Origin: a virus
Strand: one strand, 5' to 3'
Length of the DNA: 64,000 bases
Virus record (IMG/VR): IMGVR_UViG_3300038361_000164
Span: 107,086 to 171,085 of that record
Shown here: positions 8,282 through 16,549 of the stretch, in pieces
How the letters are laid out: the number at the start of each line of letters is the position of its first letter
Position numbering within the stretch: position 1 is the stretch's first letter
The notes under the pieces: generated by a model
The model's input: the letters and a program-made list of their open reading frames with translations, nothing else
Told to the model about the DNA's origin: nothing
The model's database searches: none
Translations under genes and position numbers: made by a program

Positions 8282-8354
8282 GCGCGAGGCGGGACTTGAA
8301 CCCGCGACACAGAGATTTAGAATCTCCTGTTCTAGCCGCTAGAACTACTCGCGC
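8282..8354 (-). tRNA. tRNA with anticodon CUA (amber-suppressor type)
   Basis: Canonical 73-nt cloverleaf: acceptor GCGCGAG/CTCGCGC, D-arm GTTC-TAGCGGCTA-GAAC, anticodon arm GGAGA-TTCTAAA-TCTCT (U33, CUA at 34-36, A37), T-arm GCGGG-TTCAAGT-CCCGC. Confidence 0.6.
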
Positions 8355-8360
8355 ATTTGC

Positions 8361-8657
8361 TTATAGTACTTGCAGGCGTTTAAACAGAGATTGATTATTC
8401 TCTATAGCAAGCGCTGTTAATTCGTCTTTTAAATCTGGTTCTTTAAAACTTCCGATTTCTATATCTTTGTATATTAGTTTGTCTCGTAATTTCTGTAATG
8501 CTTTTTCATCTCGAACTGTTAAGTATATGAGATAATTATTGTTCCAGTCATTTTGTTTTTTACGTAACAAAAAGTCTGCTAAAGCATGTCCTCCCTGGAC
8601 CGCAGCATACACCGGGTCCAGATCTCTTCGACAAATAATATATAAATACGGCTCCAT
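8361..8657 (-). CDS. peptidyl-tRNA hydrolase PTH2-like protein
   Basis: YIICRRDLDP...AAVQGGHA resembles the Pth2 motif (VR.DL..G..AAQ..HA). Confidence 0.4.
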   Translation of the reverse strand: MEPYLYIICRRDLDPVYAAVQGGHALADFLLRKKQNDWNNNYLIYLTVRDEKALQKLRDKLIYKDIEIGSFKEPDLKDELTALAIENNQSLFKRLQVL

Positions 8658-8968
8658 TATGAAGCCACCTTTTCTAAGACAGGCTCCATAGCCGATTCGA
8701 TTCTTTTTAAATATTTGGATTTGTATACTGATATTTGAGACTCATTAGGCTCGTTGCCGTCTCTAACTTTTGCTTCAATTTGTTCTCTTGTGCGACCCCT
8801 TAATTCACATCTAGCGATATGTTTGTGTCTGAACTCACGTGATTTTTCTTCTATCTCACATTGAAGTCTCCAATCTGATCCGTTTCCTTTTCTTTTCTTT
8901 TTAAGTTCACGGATGTGTTTGCCTAACGCTTTTTGTTCTTCTTTTATTTTTAAGATTTCTTGGTTCAT
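8657..8968 (-). CDS. hypothetical coiled-coil protein
   Basis: Charged, helical sequence; start overlaps the upstream gene. Confidence 0.4.
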   Translation of the reverse strand: MNQEILKIKEEQKALGKHIRELKKKRKGNGSDWRLQCEIEEKSREFRHKHIARCELRGRTREQIEAKVRDGNEPNESQISVYKSKYLKRIESAMEPVLEKVAS

Positions 8969-9088
8969 AATAAATTACCTTGTTAATTGTTTTAAGTTAC
9001 TGTTTATAGGAAAATACAGTACTTAAGGAGGTGATTTATTATATAATGCTTTCTATAGCATGATGCTCTCCTGTTGTTAAGTTGTTTG

Positions 9089-9165
9089 TGAGGATACTAG
9101 GATTCGAACCTAGGGAATATACGGATGTAAGCCGTACGTGTTTGACCGGACTTCACCATACCCTC
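9089..9165 (-). tRNA. tRNA-Val (UAC)
   Basis: Acceptor GAGGGTA/TATCCTC, anticodon arm TACGG-CTTACAT-CCGTA, T-arm CTAGG-TTCGAAT-CCTAG. Confidence 0.55.
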
Positions 9166-9171
9166 AATTAA

Positions 9172-9570
9172 TTATAGTAAAAATACAAACATAAATGCAA
9201 GTATTAAAAATACCTGATGTGCATATTGATCGACACCAATTGCGTTAATCAAATTCTTGTTTTGTCTTAATAAAAAATAATGCATGTAAACATGCTTTGT
9301 AAATATATCGACTAACAAGTGCGCGCATCCTGTTATAAGTAGCCAAAGTAACACCGCCATTACAGACGCTTCAGTCCATCCTAAAATTATTATTAAAGGA
9401 GTGCCTACTAAAATACTCATGGCTACTGTATATATAAGTATGTGTTGTAAAAAGACTTTTAAGTCTATGGATTTCTTTTTAGCAGCATCTTTTGGCTGCA
9501 GAAAATAATCCGATGCCGTATGCGCTCCAAGAATCCACATTATTATGAATAATGTTGTTATTGTTGTCAT
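9172..9570 (-). CDS. hypothetical membrane protein
   Basis: Multiple transmembrane segments. Confidence 0.45.
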   Translation of the reverse strand: MTTITTLFIIMWILGAHTASDYFLQPKDAAKKKSIDLKVFLQHILIYTVAMSILVGTPLIIILGWTEASVMAVLLWLLITGCAHLLVDIFTKHVYMHYFLLRQNKNLINAIGVDQYAHQVFLILAFMFVFLL

Positions 9571-9589
9571 AATCTTTCTTGGTTATTTG

Positions 9590-9673
9590 AGGGACGAATC
9601 AGATTCGAACTGATGTGGAGATATACTCGATGGTTTTGCAAACCACCCTATTCGACCGCTCTAGCATCGCCCC
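9590..9673 (-). tRNA. tRNA-Cys (GCA), long variable region
   Basis: Acceptor GGGGCGA/TCGTCCC, anticodon arm GTGGT-TTGCAAA-ACCAT, T-arm ATCAG-TTCGAAT-CTGAT. Confidence 0.5.
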
Positions 9674-9688
9674 TAGTTTGTTAATTGA

Positions 9689-10678
9689 TTAATTAAAACC
9701 TATGTCGTGTCCAGTTTTTTTAATGTTCATATCCTTTTCAAAATCTTTAGATGTAGCTAATCTTTCTCTCATGATATTTAATCGTGTTAAAGTGTCTTCG
9801 TACTTTAAATTAAAAACTTCTACCGATAGTAGTAATTCTTTTATATGTGCAAGTGTAAACCCTTTAGTGTCTTTTGTCCATTTTTTAATTTGAACAGAAG
9901 TCAAAGTTGTGTTTTTTGCTTTCAAATAAACTGTCCTGTCTTTAGCTGACGGCAACCCTACTGCCTCGATTCTATCAAATCGTGAAGGTCTATTCTTAAT
10001 TCTGTCAGGCAAACGTTCTGGATAGTTTGTAGTTGCTAAAATTATAGTATTTTCTAACTGAATTTCTCCATCTAATAAGCCTAGTATTTTATTTTCCGAA
10101 TCACCATCTTGTATGAGAGAGTCTATATCCTCTAATATAATCATTACTGGAACATCGGGTTCAATTTCTCTAAATCTTTTGATGCCATCGTCTATGTGGT
10201 ATGTAAAATAAAATACAATTCCTTCATTTTTAATAAAATCATCTACTAATAGCTTAACTAAAGATGTTTTTCCACCGCCCGGAGGTCCGTATAATAAAAA
10301 TCCTCGTTTATGTGATTCACCATGTTCTAAGTATTTCTGCTTCATAGTCCAAAAAACTGCAATTTCATCGATAATTTCTTCAAAAATACTATCTTCAAAT
10401 CTGATTAGTTCAGATATATTAAATGGTTGTTTTTCAAAAACTGGAATGCTTAGATTGCCGTTCCATCCGGTTTTATAGCAACCACTTGGTATGCTGGAAA
10501 CCGTTTCTGGGCAGGGAGTGTAATCTTTTCCAGCACTAACTTGATACTGTGTATAATAGTTTTGGAATACTAATATCGTATTTGAATCTTGTTCTGTCAC
10601 ATCGAAGGCTGTTTCGGGAATACCAGGTTGATCGGATACCTCTGTGGGAGGGCTATATTTTCTGTTTTTCGTTTGCAT
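9689..10678 (-). CDS. AAA+ ATPase
   Basis: Walker A GPPGGGKTS and Walker B VMIILEDID. Confidence 0.7.
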   Translation of the reverse strand: MQTKNRKYSPPTEVSDQPGIPETAFDVTEQDSNTILVFQNYYTQYQVSAGKDYTPCPETVSSIPSGCYKTGWNGNLSIPVFEKQPFNISELIRFEDSIFEEIIDEIAVFWTMKQKYLEHGESHKRGFLLYGPPGGGKTSLVKLLVDDFIKNEGIVFYFTYHIDDGIKRFREIEPDVPVMIILEDIDSLIQDGDSENKILGLLDGEIQLENTIILATTNYPERLPDRIKNRPSRFDRIEAVGLPSAKDRTVYLKAKNTTLTSVQIKKWTKDTKGFTLAHIKELLLSVEVFNLKYEDTLTRLNIMRERLATSKDFEKDMNIKKTGHDIGFN

Positions 10679-10715
10679 TTCCTTTCCTTATTTTGTTGGA
10701 ATGTTTTCTTATTTG

Positions 10716-10801
10716 GGTGTAGGACGGGGTTCGAACCCGCATGAGGAGCTGTCTCCAACTCGGGTCACAGCCGAGTGTATTCCCAAATCTACCACCTACA
10801 C
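10716..10801 (-). tRNA. class II tRNA (anticodon loop CTGTGAC, GUG?)
   Basis: Acceptor GTGTAGG/CCTACAC, 3-bp D-stem, long variable arm, T-arm TTCGAAC; identity uncertain. Confidence 0.45.
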
Positions 10802-10802
10802 A

Positions 10803-10878
10803 GTCCCGATAGGAGGATTTGAACCTCCGATACACACCTTATGAAAGTGCCGCCTTACCAGCCTTGGCTACATCGAGA
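10803..10878 (-). tRNA. tRNA-Met or tRNA-Ile2 (CAU)
   Basis: Acceptor TCTCGAT/ATCGGGA, anticodon arm GCACT-TTCATAA-GGTGT, T-arm GGAGG-TTCAAAT-CCTCC. Confidence 0.55.
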
Positions 10879-10884
10879 AGATAT

Positions 10885-11374
10885 TTATTTATGTGGATTA
10901 AACTGCTTCAAGGGTTCTTTAATAAGAGCAATTTCATTTAATCTAATACTAGTAATAAGCATTACTTCTAATGAATTTACTACATACAAATTACCCAAAC
11001 GCAGCTTTTTAAGATGCTGTAGAACTAAGGCGCGAGCTCTAAGACTCTCTTTTCTAGCTACTTCATTATCTAATACTTCATCCAAGTTAGGATCAATAAA
11101 GATTATGAAATCTCTACGGTCATCTAATTTAATAGCATTTAAAATACTAAATCCTGTTTCTGCTAATGAACCTATTGCATAGGTTTCGCTAGTGATGGGA
11201 AATAGTATTATTTGATCAGATGCCAGATGTTCCGCTTCAATTGCTGCATCTTCTGGTTTCCAATCTTCAACCTGAGGATTAAAAAAATTAATTTTTTCAT
11301 CAGTGTAGACTCTTATAAATGGATCTCTCCATTTACTGTTGCCACAAGTTCCGAATAATCCAATTGTTATCATG
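10885..11374 (-). CDS. nucleoside 2-deoxyribosyltransferase-family protein (tentative)
   Basis: Likely starts at internal Met (MITIGLFG...), since the annotated N-terminus overlaps a tRNA; the FPITSETYAIGSLAETG region resembles the catalytic region of that family. Confidence 0.35.
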
Positions 11375-11395
11375 TGTTTCCTTTTTTTAAATGGT

Positions 11396-11469
11396 TGCAG
11401 GGGAGGGATTCGAACCCCCGACCTCAAGGTTATGAGCCTCGCAAGCTACCGGACTGCTATCACCCTGCG
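11396..11469 (-). tRNA. tRNA (CAU), Met/fMet/Ile2 class
   Basis: Anticodon arm CGAGG-CTCATAA-CCTTG, T-arm TTCGAAT; acceptor has one mismatch. Confidence 0.5.
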
Positions 11470-11492
11470 TCAGAATTTTATGTTGTTATTAG

Positions 11493-11565
11493 TAGCGGGA
11501 GTAGGACTTGAACCTACACGCTCCGGGGTATGAGCCCAAAAATCTGCATTGACTGTTATCCCGCG
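11493..11565 (-). tRNA. tRNA (CAU), third copy
   Basis: Anticodon arm TTGGG-CTCATAC-CCCGG, T-arm GTAGG-TTCAAGT-CCTAC. Confidence 0.5.
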
Positions 11566-11640
11566 TCGGAATTTTAATTAATTGGTAGCTCCCCCGCCGT
11601 CAACTCATGAGGTCGGGGCTTGCGCAAAGGGGGAGCATGG

Positions 11641-11713
11641 CTCTAGGGGAGAGACTTGAACTCTCAACCACCTGATTAACAATCAGGCGCTCTACCAATT
11701 GAGCTACCCTAGA
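11641..11713 (-). tRNA. tRNA-Asn (GUU)
   Basis: Fully canonical: acceptor TCTAGGG/CCCTAGA, D-arm GCTC-AATTGGTA-GAGC, anticodon arm CCTGA-TTGTTAA-TCAGG, T-arm GAGAG-TTCAAGT-CTCTC. Confidence 0.7.
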
Positions 11714-11718
11714 ATAGT

Positions 11719-12093
11719 TTATTTGAATTTAAAGAGAAATTTTACGTTAGGATATTTCTCTAATATTCTTATACCATCTTTTATTACTTCTTCCCAGATC
11801 TTGTATTTGTTAGCTAATCCGTCTCCGAGTTTAGAAATCAAATATGTTCGTTCTGGATGTGCCTGTATTACAGTTTCCAAATCTAAAAGTTCCGCCGCAA
11901 ACATAGTTTTATAATTGTCTGGTTTGTAGAACGAAGATTTTTCATTATTAGGCTTTCGTTTAGTAATAAAACCATATGTATTTTTCATATCTCGTAATGA
12001 TGCTGCTCCACCATATCCGTATCGCAGAACATTGTCTCCAAAGACGAATATGTGGTCAGGATTATTAGAAAGATACTCTTTTGTTATAAACAT
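11719..12093 (-). CDS. hypothetical protein
   Basis: Conserved-looking IFVFGDNVLRYGYGGAA segment; family not identified. Confidence 0.4.
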   Translation of the reverse strand: MFITKEYLSNNPDHIFVFGDNVLRYGYGGAASLRDMKNTYGFITKRKPNNEKSSFYKPDNYKTMFAAELLDLETVIQAHPERTYLISKLGDGLANKYKIWEEVIKDGIRILEKYPNVKFLFKFK

Positions 12094-12120
12094 TTTACTG
12101 TTCCTTTATTATTAAGTTGG

Positions 12121-12207
12121 TACCAGGGACAGGCATCGAACCTGCACGACCATAAAGATCAATACGGCCTAAACGTATCGGGTCTACCAAAATTTCCCCA
12201 CCCTGGC
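12121..12207 (-). tRNA. tRNA-Leu (UAG), class II
   Basis: Anticodon arm ATACG-TTTAGGC-CGTAT, long variable arm, T-arm GCAGG-TTCGATG-CCTGT. Confidence 0.55.
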
Positions 12208-12214
12208 ATAAGTT

Positions 12215-13015
12215 TTATGCTACATATATAAATTGATTTGTCAACATGTGTGCCATGCGTCCTTGATTTCTATAATAGTAACAAGATTCTTTTGGAGCAT
12301 TCATTTTTTCAATTATGTTTTTTTCACGATTAATTAAGCTCACATAATCAAATTGATCATGGTTATTTATGAAACCTGAAGATTCTAAATTGTTTTTTAT
12401 AGAAAACTTTGCTGGTATTAAAAAAAACCCAAGTTTGCTCATATCTCTTATTATATCAATACCATTAGTATGTGCACATCGAAGACTTTGTATAAAAGTA
12501 AATCTAATAATTAATTGCTTTGGAGTATACACATCTAGTACGTGTTTAAGACTTTTAGCTATCGTTGTTCTGTGCTCTGCTGTATCGTACCCACACATGC
12601 CGTCAAAATCTAAATACGTGAATTCATATTTTTCAAATGTTTTTGTATTTATTAATATATCGAAAAATTCCCCTCTCAACACTATGGGTATACGGTTTCT
12701 ATTTATAAGAGGTAACTCGTTGGCTTTTTTAGTAAGAATTTCTGCAGTGCTATAATCAAATTCAATCGGTATTATAATTTCACTATTACTTTCTGATAAG
12801 TGTGTTTCTAAATTTGGACCTATGAGGGCCATTTCTCGTAAAAGAGTAATGTCACAAAAAGGCTTTAAATCTTCCCATTGATTTTTTACTACTAATCCTT
12901 TTTCAGGATGAGCTACTCTATCCCAACGTTGTGAACTTGCATCAGTAGTGCCTGTTGTAACTAATCGTTTCCGACCCATTGTTTCACATTTAATTTTATG
13001 TGTTTGAGTTTCCAT
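12215..13015 (-). CDS. hypothetical protein
   Basis: 266-aa ORF with no recognised motif. Confidence 0.4.
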   Translation of the reverse strand: METQTHKIKCETMGRKRLVTTGTTDASSQRWDRVAHPEKGLVVKNQWEDLKPFCDITLLREMALIGPNLETHLSESNSEIIIPIEFDYSTAEILTKKANELPLINRNRIPIVLRGEFFDILINTKTFEKYEFTYLDFDGMCGYDTAEHRTTIAKSLKHVLDVYTPKQLIIRFTFIQSLRCAHTNGIDIIRDMSKLGFFLIPAKFSIKNNLESSGFINNHDQFDYVSLINREKNIIEKMNAPKESCYYYRNQGRMAHMLTNQFIYVA

Positions 13016-13170
13016 TCTAATTCTTTCCTTTTTTCAGTTGTCAATGTTTCCAATAGTTTAAAAAAATCATTCATTTCTATAATAAAATCATCTTCTCTCG
13101 TCGTTGCTTTTAATAATTTTAATTGTTCTGAAGAAAATTCTTTAAAATTTATTATTGTAATATGTTTCAC
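12961..13170 (-). CDS. hypothetical small protein
   Basis: Short ORF overlapping the start of the upstream gene. Confidence 0.3.
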   Translation of the reverse strand: MKHITIINFKEFSSEQLKLLKATTREDDFIIEMNDFFKLLETLTTEKRKELEWKLKHIKLNVKQWVGND

Positions 13171-13194
13171 TTAGTTTATTGATTATGTTATTTG

Positions 13195-13265
13195 CAACCC
13201 CGAGCGGAATCGAACCGCTGTCCCAAGGACCAAAACCTTGTGTTCTACCATTATACCACGGGGCA
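13195..13265 (-). tRNA. tRNA-Gln (UUG)
   Basis: Anticodon arm CAAGG-TTTTGGT-CCTTG, D-loop TGGTATAATGGTAG, T-arm AGCGG-TTCGATT-CCGCT. Confidence 0.55.
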
Positions 13266-13544
13266 TTAGTTGAAAAGACCTATGAAGGCTTTTTTACGCT
13301 TGATCATTCATATAGCGAATTTTACAGATAACAGGTTGTATCCCGCGTTATCAACTATATGTTATGGGCCAATTATTCCCACTCTCACTACACTATACGG
13401 CTTAATACATTTCAGCTAGTTGCTCAGTGGTGCCTACAGGTTCGCGGCCTCTGGAGATACCAGATATTTAGTGGGGCTTAGCATGTCTGTAGTACAGATC
13501 GCGTATCCTCCGACACCTAAGTCATGGGATAGGTCTTTTCAAAG

Positions 13545-13630
13545 TGGCCGAGACGAGCTTCGAACTCGTATGGGCACAAAGGCCCGTCGGATTTTAAGTC
13601 CGGTGCGTCTACCAGTTTCACCACCCGGCC
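13545..13630 (-). tRNA. tRNA-Leu (UAA), class II
   Basis: Acceptor GGCCGGG/CTCGGCC, anticodon loop CTTAAAA, variable arm stem GGGC/GCCC, T-arm ACGAG-TTCGAAG-CTCGT. Confidence 0.5.
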
Positions 13631-13904
13631 GTTATTTATACTGGTGTTTGGTTTTTCTAAATCGTTTCCAATTTCTATCACGAATAAATGAGCCATTTTC
13701 CCAACCGCCATGGTATGGGCATCTATCACAATTAATATTTCTGCGGCTGAATTCTTTTCTTTTATAGAGTATTTTGTATAGCCTATTAATAGTAGTCCAT
13801 GCAAACTCTTCGTACATTTTGTTTTTCACTTTAACTTCTCCTATTTAAGGGTGTTAAAGTGCGATATATTCCTTTTTCATGTTATTTATTTTCTGATTAA
13901 TTAG

Positions 13905-13988
13905 TGATTCTGGTGAGACTTGAACTCACACGTCCTTTCGGACACTGCATTTTGAGCACAGCGCGCCTGCCAATTACGCCACAGAACC
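13905..13988 (-). tRNA. tRNA-Leu (CAA), class II
   Basis: Anticodon arm CTGTG-CTCAAAA-TGCAG, long variable arm, T-arm GTGAG-TTCAAGT-CTCAC. Confidence 0.5.
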
Positions 13989-14061
13989 GTAAAGCAATCC
14001 CGATAGGCAGAACCTACCGGGATTAGCGACTGACTTCTGTCAAGTATCTGCTATAAAACTT

Positions 14062-14826
14062 TTAGAAGCTTACTGATAATGATAATATCTGAGATTCACC
14101 ATCTTCATACACAAGATATACATCGCCAAAATGATAACCAAGTCCCCAGAGGGATTCGTCGTTCATTTCGCCGAACATACCTACCATGTTTCCACGTTGT
14201 ACAGAAGTTGTGTACCAAAGAAAATCGTCATCGAGATATTCGAATTGAACTTTTTCAGTCATATTGAAAAGAGTAGCTTCAGTATTAAAATCCCAAATAG
14301 CTTCTACACCTTCTGTGCCACTATCGGAATATCCTAACTGTATAGTATCTACCCAGAAAAAATCATTGAAACTTGGAGCAATTCTCCAACAATAATTGTC
14401 GTTGTCCTGATAGAAGATTCCAAAGTCCCTATCCCCTACTAAAATTCCCGTTTGTACGTCGTGCATTCTAGGAGTTGAATAGAAATCGCTTTGAGAAGGT
14501 CTATGTAAGGCCCAAGCATTTCCGTAAGGAAGTGGCTGTAGTCCCATTGTAAACATTCCAAGGCTGATATTGGCTTCTTCTACGTTAACTAACTGATTTT
14601 CAATATTGAGGCCGAGGTTCCAATTAGTTCCTTCAAGTTGGAAGCCTAAATAGCCCAGATCATTGGTAAGGGCATCACTGTTAGTAACATCTATAAATGT
14701 CTCAAAGTCACCAGTAACTGCGATATCGCGAGATATTGAAGTATCTATAGCTGGAAAGCTAAATGTAGTGGTTTGAGCTGATACAAATGCAAACAGTATT
14801 GCACAAATCAAAAGTATCTTTTTCAT
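14062..14826 (-). CDS. secreted outer-membrane beta-barrel-like protein
   Basis: N-terminal signal peptide MKKILLICAILFAFVSAQ, alternating beta-type composition, C-terminal ...SLSVSF ending in Phe. Confidence 0.45.
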   Translation of the reverse strand: MKKILLICAILFAFVSAQTTTFSFPAIDTSISRDIAVTGDFETFIDVTNSDALTNDLGYLGFQLEGTNWNLGLNIENQLVNVEEANISLGMFTMGLQPLPYGNAWALHRPSQSDFYSTPRMHDVQTGILVGDRDFGIFYQDNDNYCWRIAPSFNDFFWVDTIQLGYSDSGTEGVEAIWDFNTEATLFNMTEKVQFEYLDDDFLWYTTSVQRGNMVGMFGEMNDESLWGLGYHFGDVYLVYEDGESQILSLSVSF

Positions 14827-14875
14827 ATTGTTCCTTTATTTGTTATTTATTCTTGAAGTAGTAATATACTACTTG

Positions 14876-14947
14876 TAGCGCCGGTGGGAATCGAACCCAC
14901 GTCGATGATTTAAAAGACCATTGCTAAAACCCCTCAGCTACGGCACT
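14876..14947 (-). tRNA. tRNA-Lys (UUU)
   Basis: Acceptor AGTGCCG/CGGCGCT, anticodon arm ATGGT-CTTTTAA-ATCAT, T-arm GTGGG-TTCGATT-CCCAC. Confidence 0.55.
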
Positions 14948-14954
14948 ATTTTTG

Positions 14955-15413
14955 TTATTTATTATTGTCTTTTAATAACTCTATGGAATTTCTAAATATA
15001 TTTACTAACTGATCAGACATTCCAAATCTAATTTTATTTTTTTCAATGGAAACTTCTAAGTTTCCGTCTTTTGTTCTCTCCGTTGCCGCTGCCCAATCGC
15101 AAAACATTTCTACTATATCTAATAAGTTCATATCATCTATTCCATTTTCGTAATGTTCTGGATGGTGGGAATTGGCGTTGTAATGATGTTCTAAAGCTGT
15201 TCCTAATTCTTTTAACGATTCTCGGTATTCTGGAGAATCATATTTTAATTCTTTTAGTTTAGGAGTTAGTTCGTCAAACGTTTCTTTTTCTGGAGATTGT
15301 AATTTAGAGGCGTCATGTTGAACTCCTCTTTTTGTTAGCTCATGTGCTATGGCACCTATGAAGTGCTTCACTCTTGCTATATGTTTTATTGTATCTGGTG
15401 CTGAATCGTACAT
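14955..15413 (-). CDS. HD-domain phosphohydrolase (YfbR-like 5'-deoxynucleotidase family)
   Basis: AIAHELTKRGVQHDASKL matches the YfbR HD motif (..YHDASE). Confidence 0.5.
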   Translation of the reverse strand: MYDSAPDTIKHIARVKHFIGAIAHELTKRGVQHDASKLQSPEKETFDELTPKLKELKYDSPEYRESLKELGTALEHHYNANSHHPEHYENGIDDMNLLDIVEMFCDWAAATERTKDGNLEVSIEKNKIRFGMSDQLVNIFRNSIELLKDNNK

Positions 15414-15438
15414 TCTGTTGTTGGTTAATTTATTTGTG

Positions 15439-15580
15439 TGGCCGAGGAAGGATTCGAACCTTCAACTTCCTATTGTCCCATATGCCGCTAAACATATTTT
15501 AAACAACAGGTTGTTCTCGGGGCGCTTGCATGCTCATACGTTGACCCGGTCATAACGTGTACCAATTTCGCTACTCAGCC
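15439..15580 (-). tRNA. tRNA-like with ~70-nt internal insertion (possible intron or composite)
   Basis: Good acceptor GGCTGAG/CTCGGCC and T-arm GAAGG-TTCGAAT-CCTTC, but 142 nt in total with about 92 nt between the D- and T-arms. Confidence 0.35.
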
Positions 15581-15583
15581 ATG

Positions 15584-15657
15584 TGCACCTGGAAGGATTT
15601 GAACCTTCGATCTTCGGAGTAAGAATCCGCTGCGTTAGACCGCTGCGCCACAGGTGC
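15584..15657 (-). tRNA. tRNA (anticodon loop TTCTTAC; CUU, Lys?)
   Basis: Perfect acceptor GCACCTG/CAGGTGC, T-arm GAAGG-TTCAAAT-CCTTC, 4-bp anticodon stem CGGA/TCCG. Confidence 0.45.
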
Positions 15658-15726
15658 GTGGTCGCACGTTGGAGACGTCAGCACTCATGAGTGCCTTCCG
15701 GATTGTATCCAATTCGTGCGTTAGAT

Positions 15727-16035
15727 TTAGTTAGATAATTTAAGAACGGCTTTAATGGCCCACCAGGCTATAATTATTTGAAAAAAGCTAAATCCGAAGA
15801 AAAATCCCTCGTTATCATCTTCGCTTGATTCTGTTGACGCCGGTTCGTCTGTATTTGCTGTTATATTTACAGGCTCAATTTCTGCATTTTCAACCTGCAT
15901 TTCATAAGCTTCAGGTATTGGTGCGTAGTACTCATCCTCTATAGGTTCATTTCTTGTAAATATTATTAAACTATTAATTATAAGTAATACAATCGAAACT
16001 GCTATTATTGTGCGGCGAAGTTTTGAAGTATTCAA
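15727..16035 (-). CDS. hypothetical membrane-anchored acidic protein
   Basis: N-terminal transmembrane segment and an acidic Glu/Asp-rich tail. Confidence 0.4.
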   Translation of the reverse strand: MNTSKLRRTIIAVSIVLLIINSLIIFTRNEPIEDEYYAPIPEAYEMQVENAEIEPVNITANTDEPASTESSEDDNEGFFFGFSFFQIIIAWWAIKAVLKLSN

Positions 16036-16059
16036 TATGTTTCCTTTCTTGTTAATTGG

Positions 16060-16144
16060 CGGAGGCGGAGAGACTTGAACTCACACAGGTGTTACCCTGA
16101 ACGGTTTTCAAGACCGGTGCAGTACCAATTATGCTTACGCCTCC
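16060..16144 (-). tRNA. tRNA-Ser (UGA), class II
   Basis: Acceptor GGAGGCG/CGCCTCC, anticodon loop CTTGAAA, long variable arm. Confidence 0.5.
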
Positions 16145-16336
16145 AATTTTTTATTTAGATTTTGCTATGTTAAACATAAATATGCCTATACACAATACAT
16201 ATGTTTGCATACGTTGCTCATATGTCCCAAATGCAAATGCTCCACAAAATTCATGTATAAACATTAGCATCGGTGTTGTCATTAAATACAGTTCATTGAA
16301 CAGTGCTTTAATCATTTTGTTTCCTTTCTTTGTTTG

Positions 16337-16428
16337 TACTCCCACCAGGACTCGAACCTGGAACTCACGTTCATCTGACGCTATACTGATTATAAATCAG
16401 CCGTTTTACCAATTATAACTACAGGAGT
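16337..16428 (-). tRNA. class II tRNA (anticodon loop TTTATAA, UAU?)
   Basis: Acceptor ACTCCTG/TGGGAGT, 3-bp D-stem GTT/AAC, anticodon arm GCTGA-TTTATAA-TCAGT, T-arm CCAGG-TTCGAGT-CCTGG. Confidence 0.4.
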
Positions 16429-16435
16429 AAAATGG

Positions 16436-16535
16436 AGCACGGCGAGGGACTCTAACCCCCAACCCTTTAAGTAAGCTAGCTATTTAAAAGGGGACGGCTT
16501 TACGGGCCGCTGCGTTTGGATTGCGCCAACCGTGC
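16436..16535 (-). ncRNA. tRNA-like element (~100 nt, atypical T-loop TTAGAGT)
   Basis: Acceptor GCACGGT/GCCGTGC pairs, but the D-, anticodon and T-regions are all atypical. Confidence 0.3.
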
Positions 16536-16549
16536 ATAATTGTGCGATT

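Noticed and set aside
10885-11427. Annotated N-terminus MRSGVRIPPLQP... of ORF 10885..11427
   Set aside because: Its first ~18 codons overlap the T-arm and acceptor of the tRNA at 11396..11469; the true start is most likely the internal Met (about 11374).
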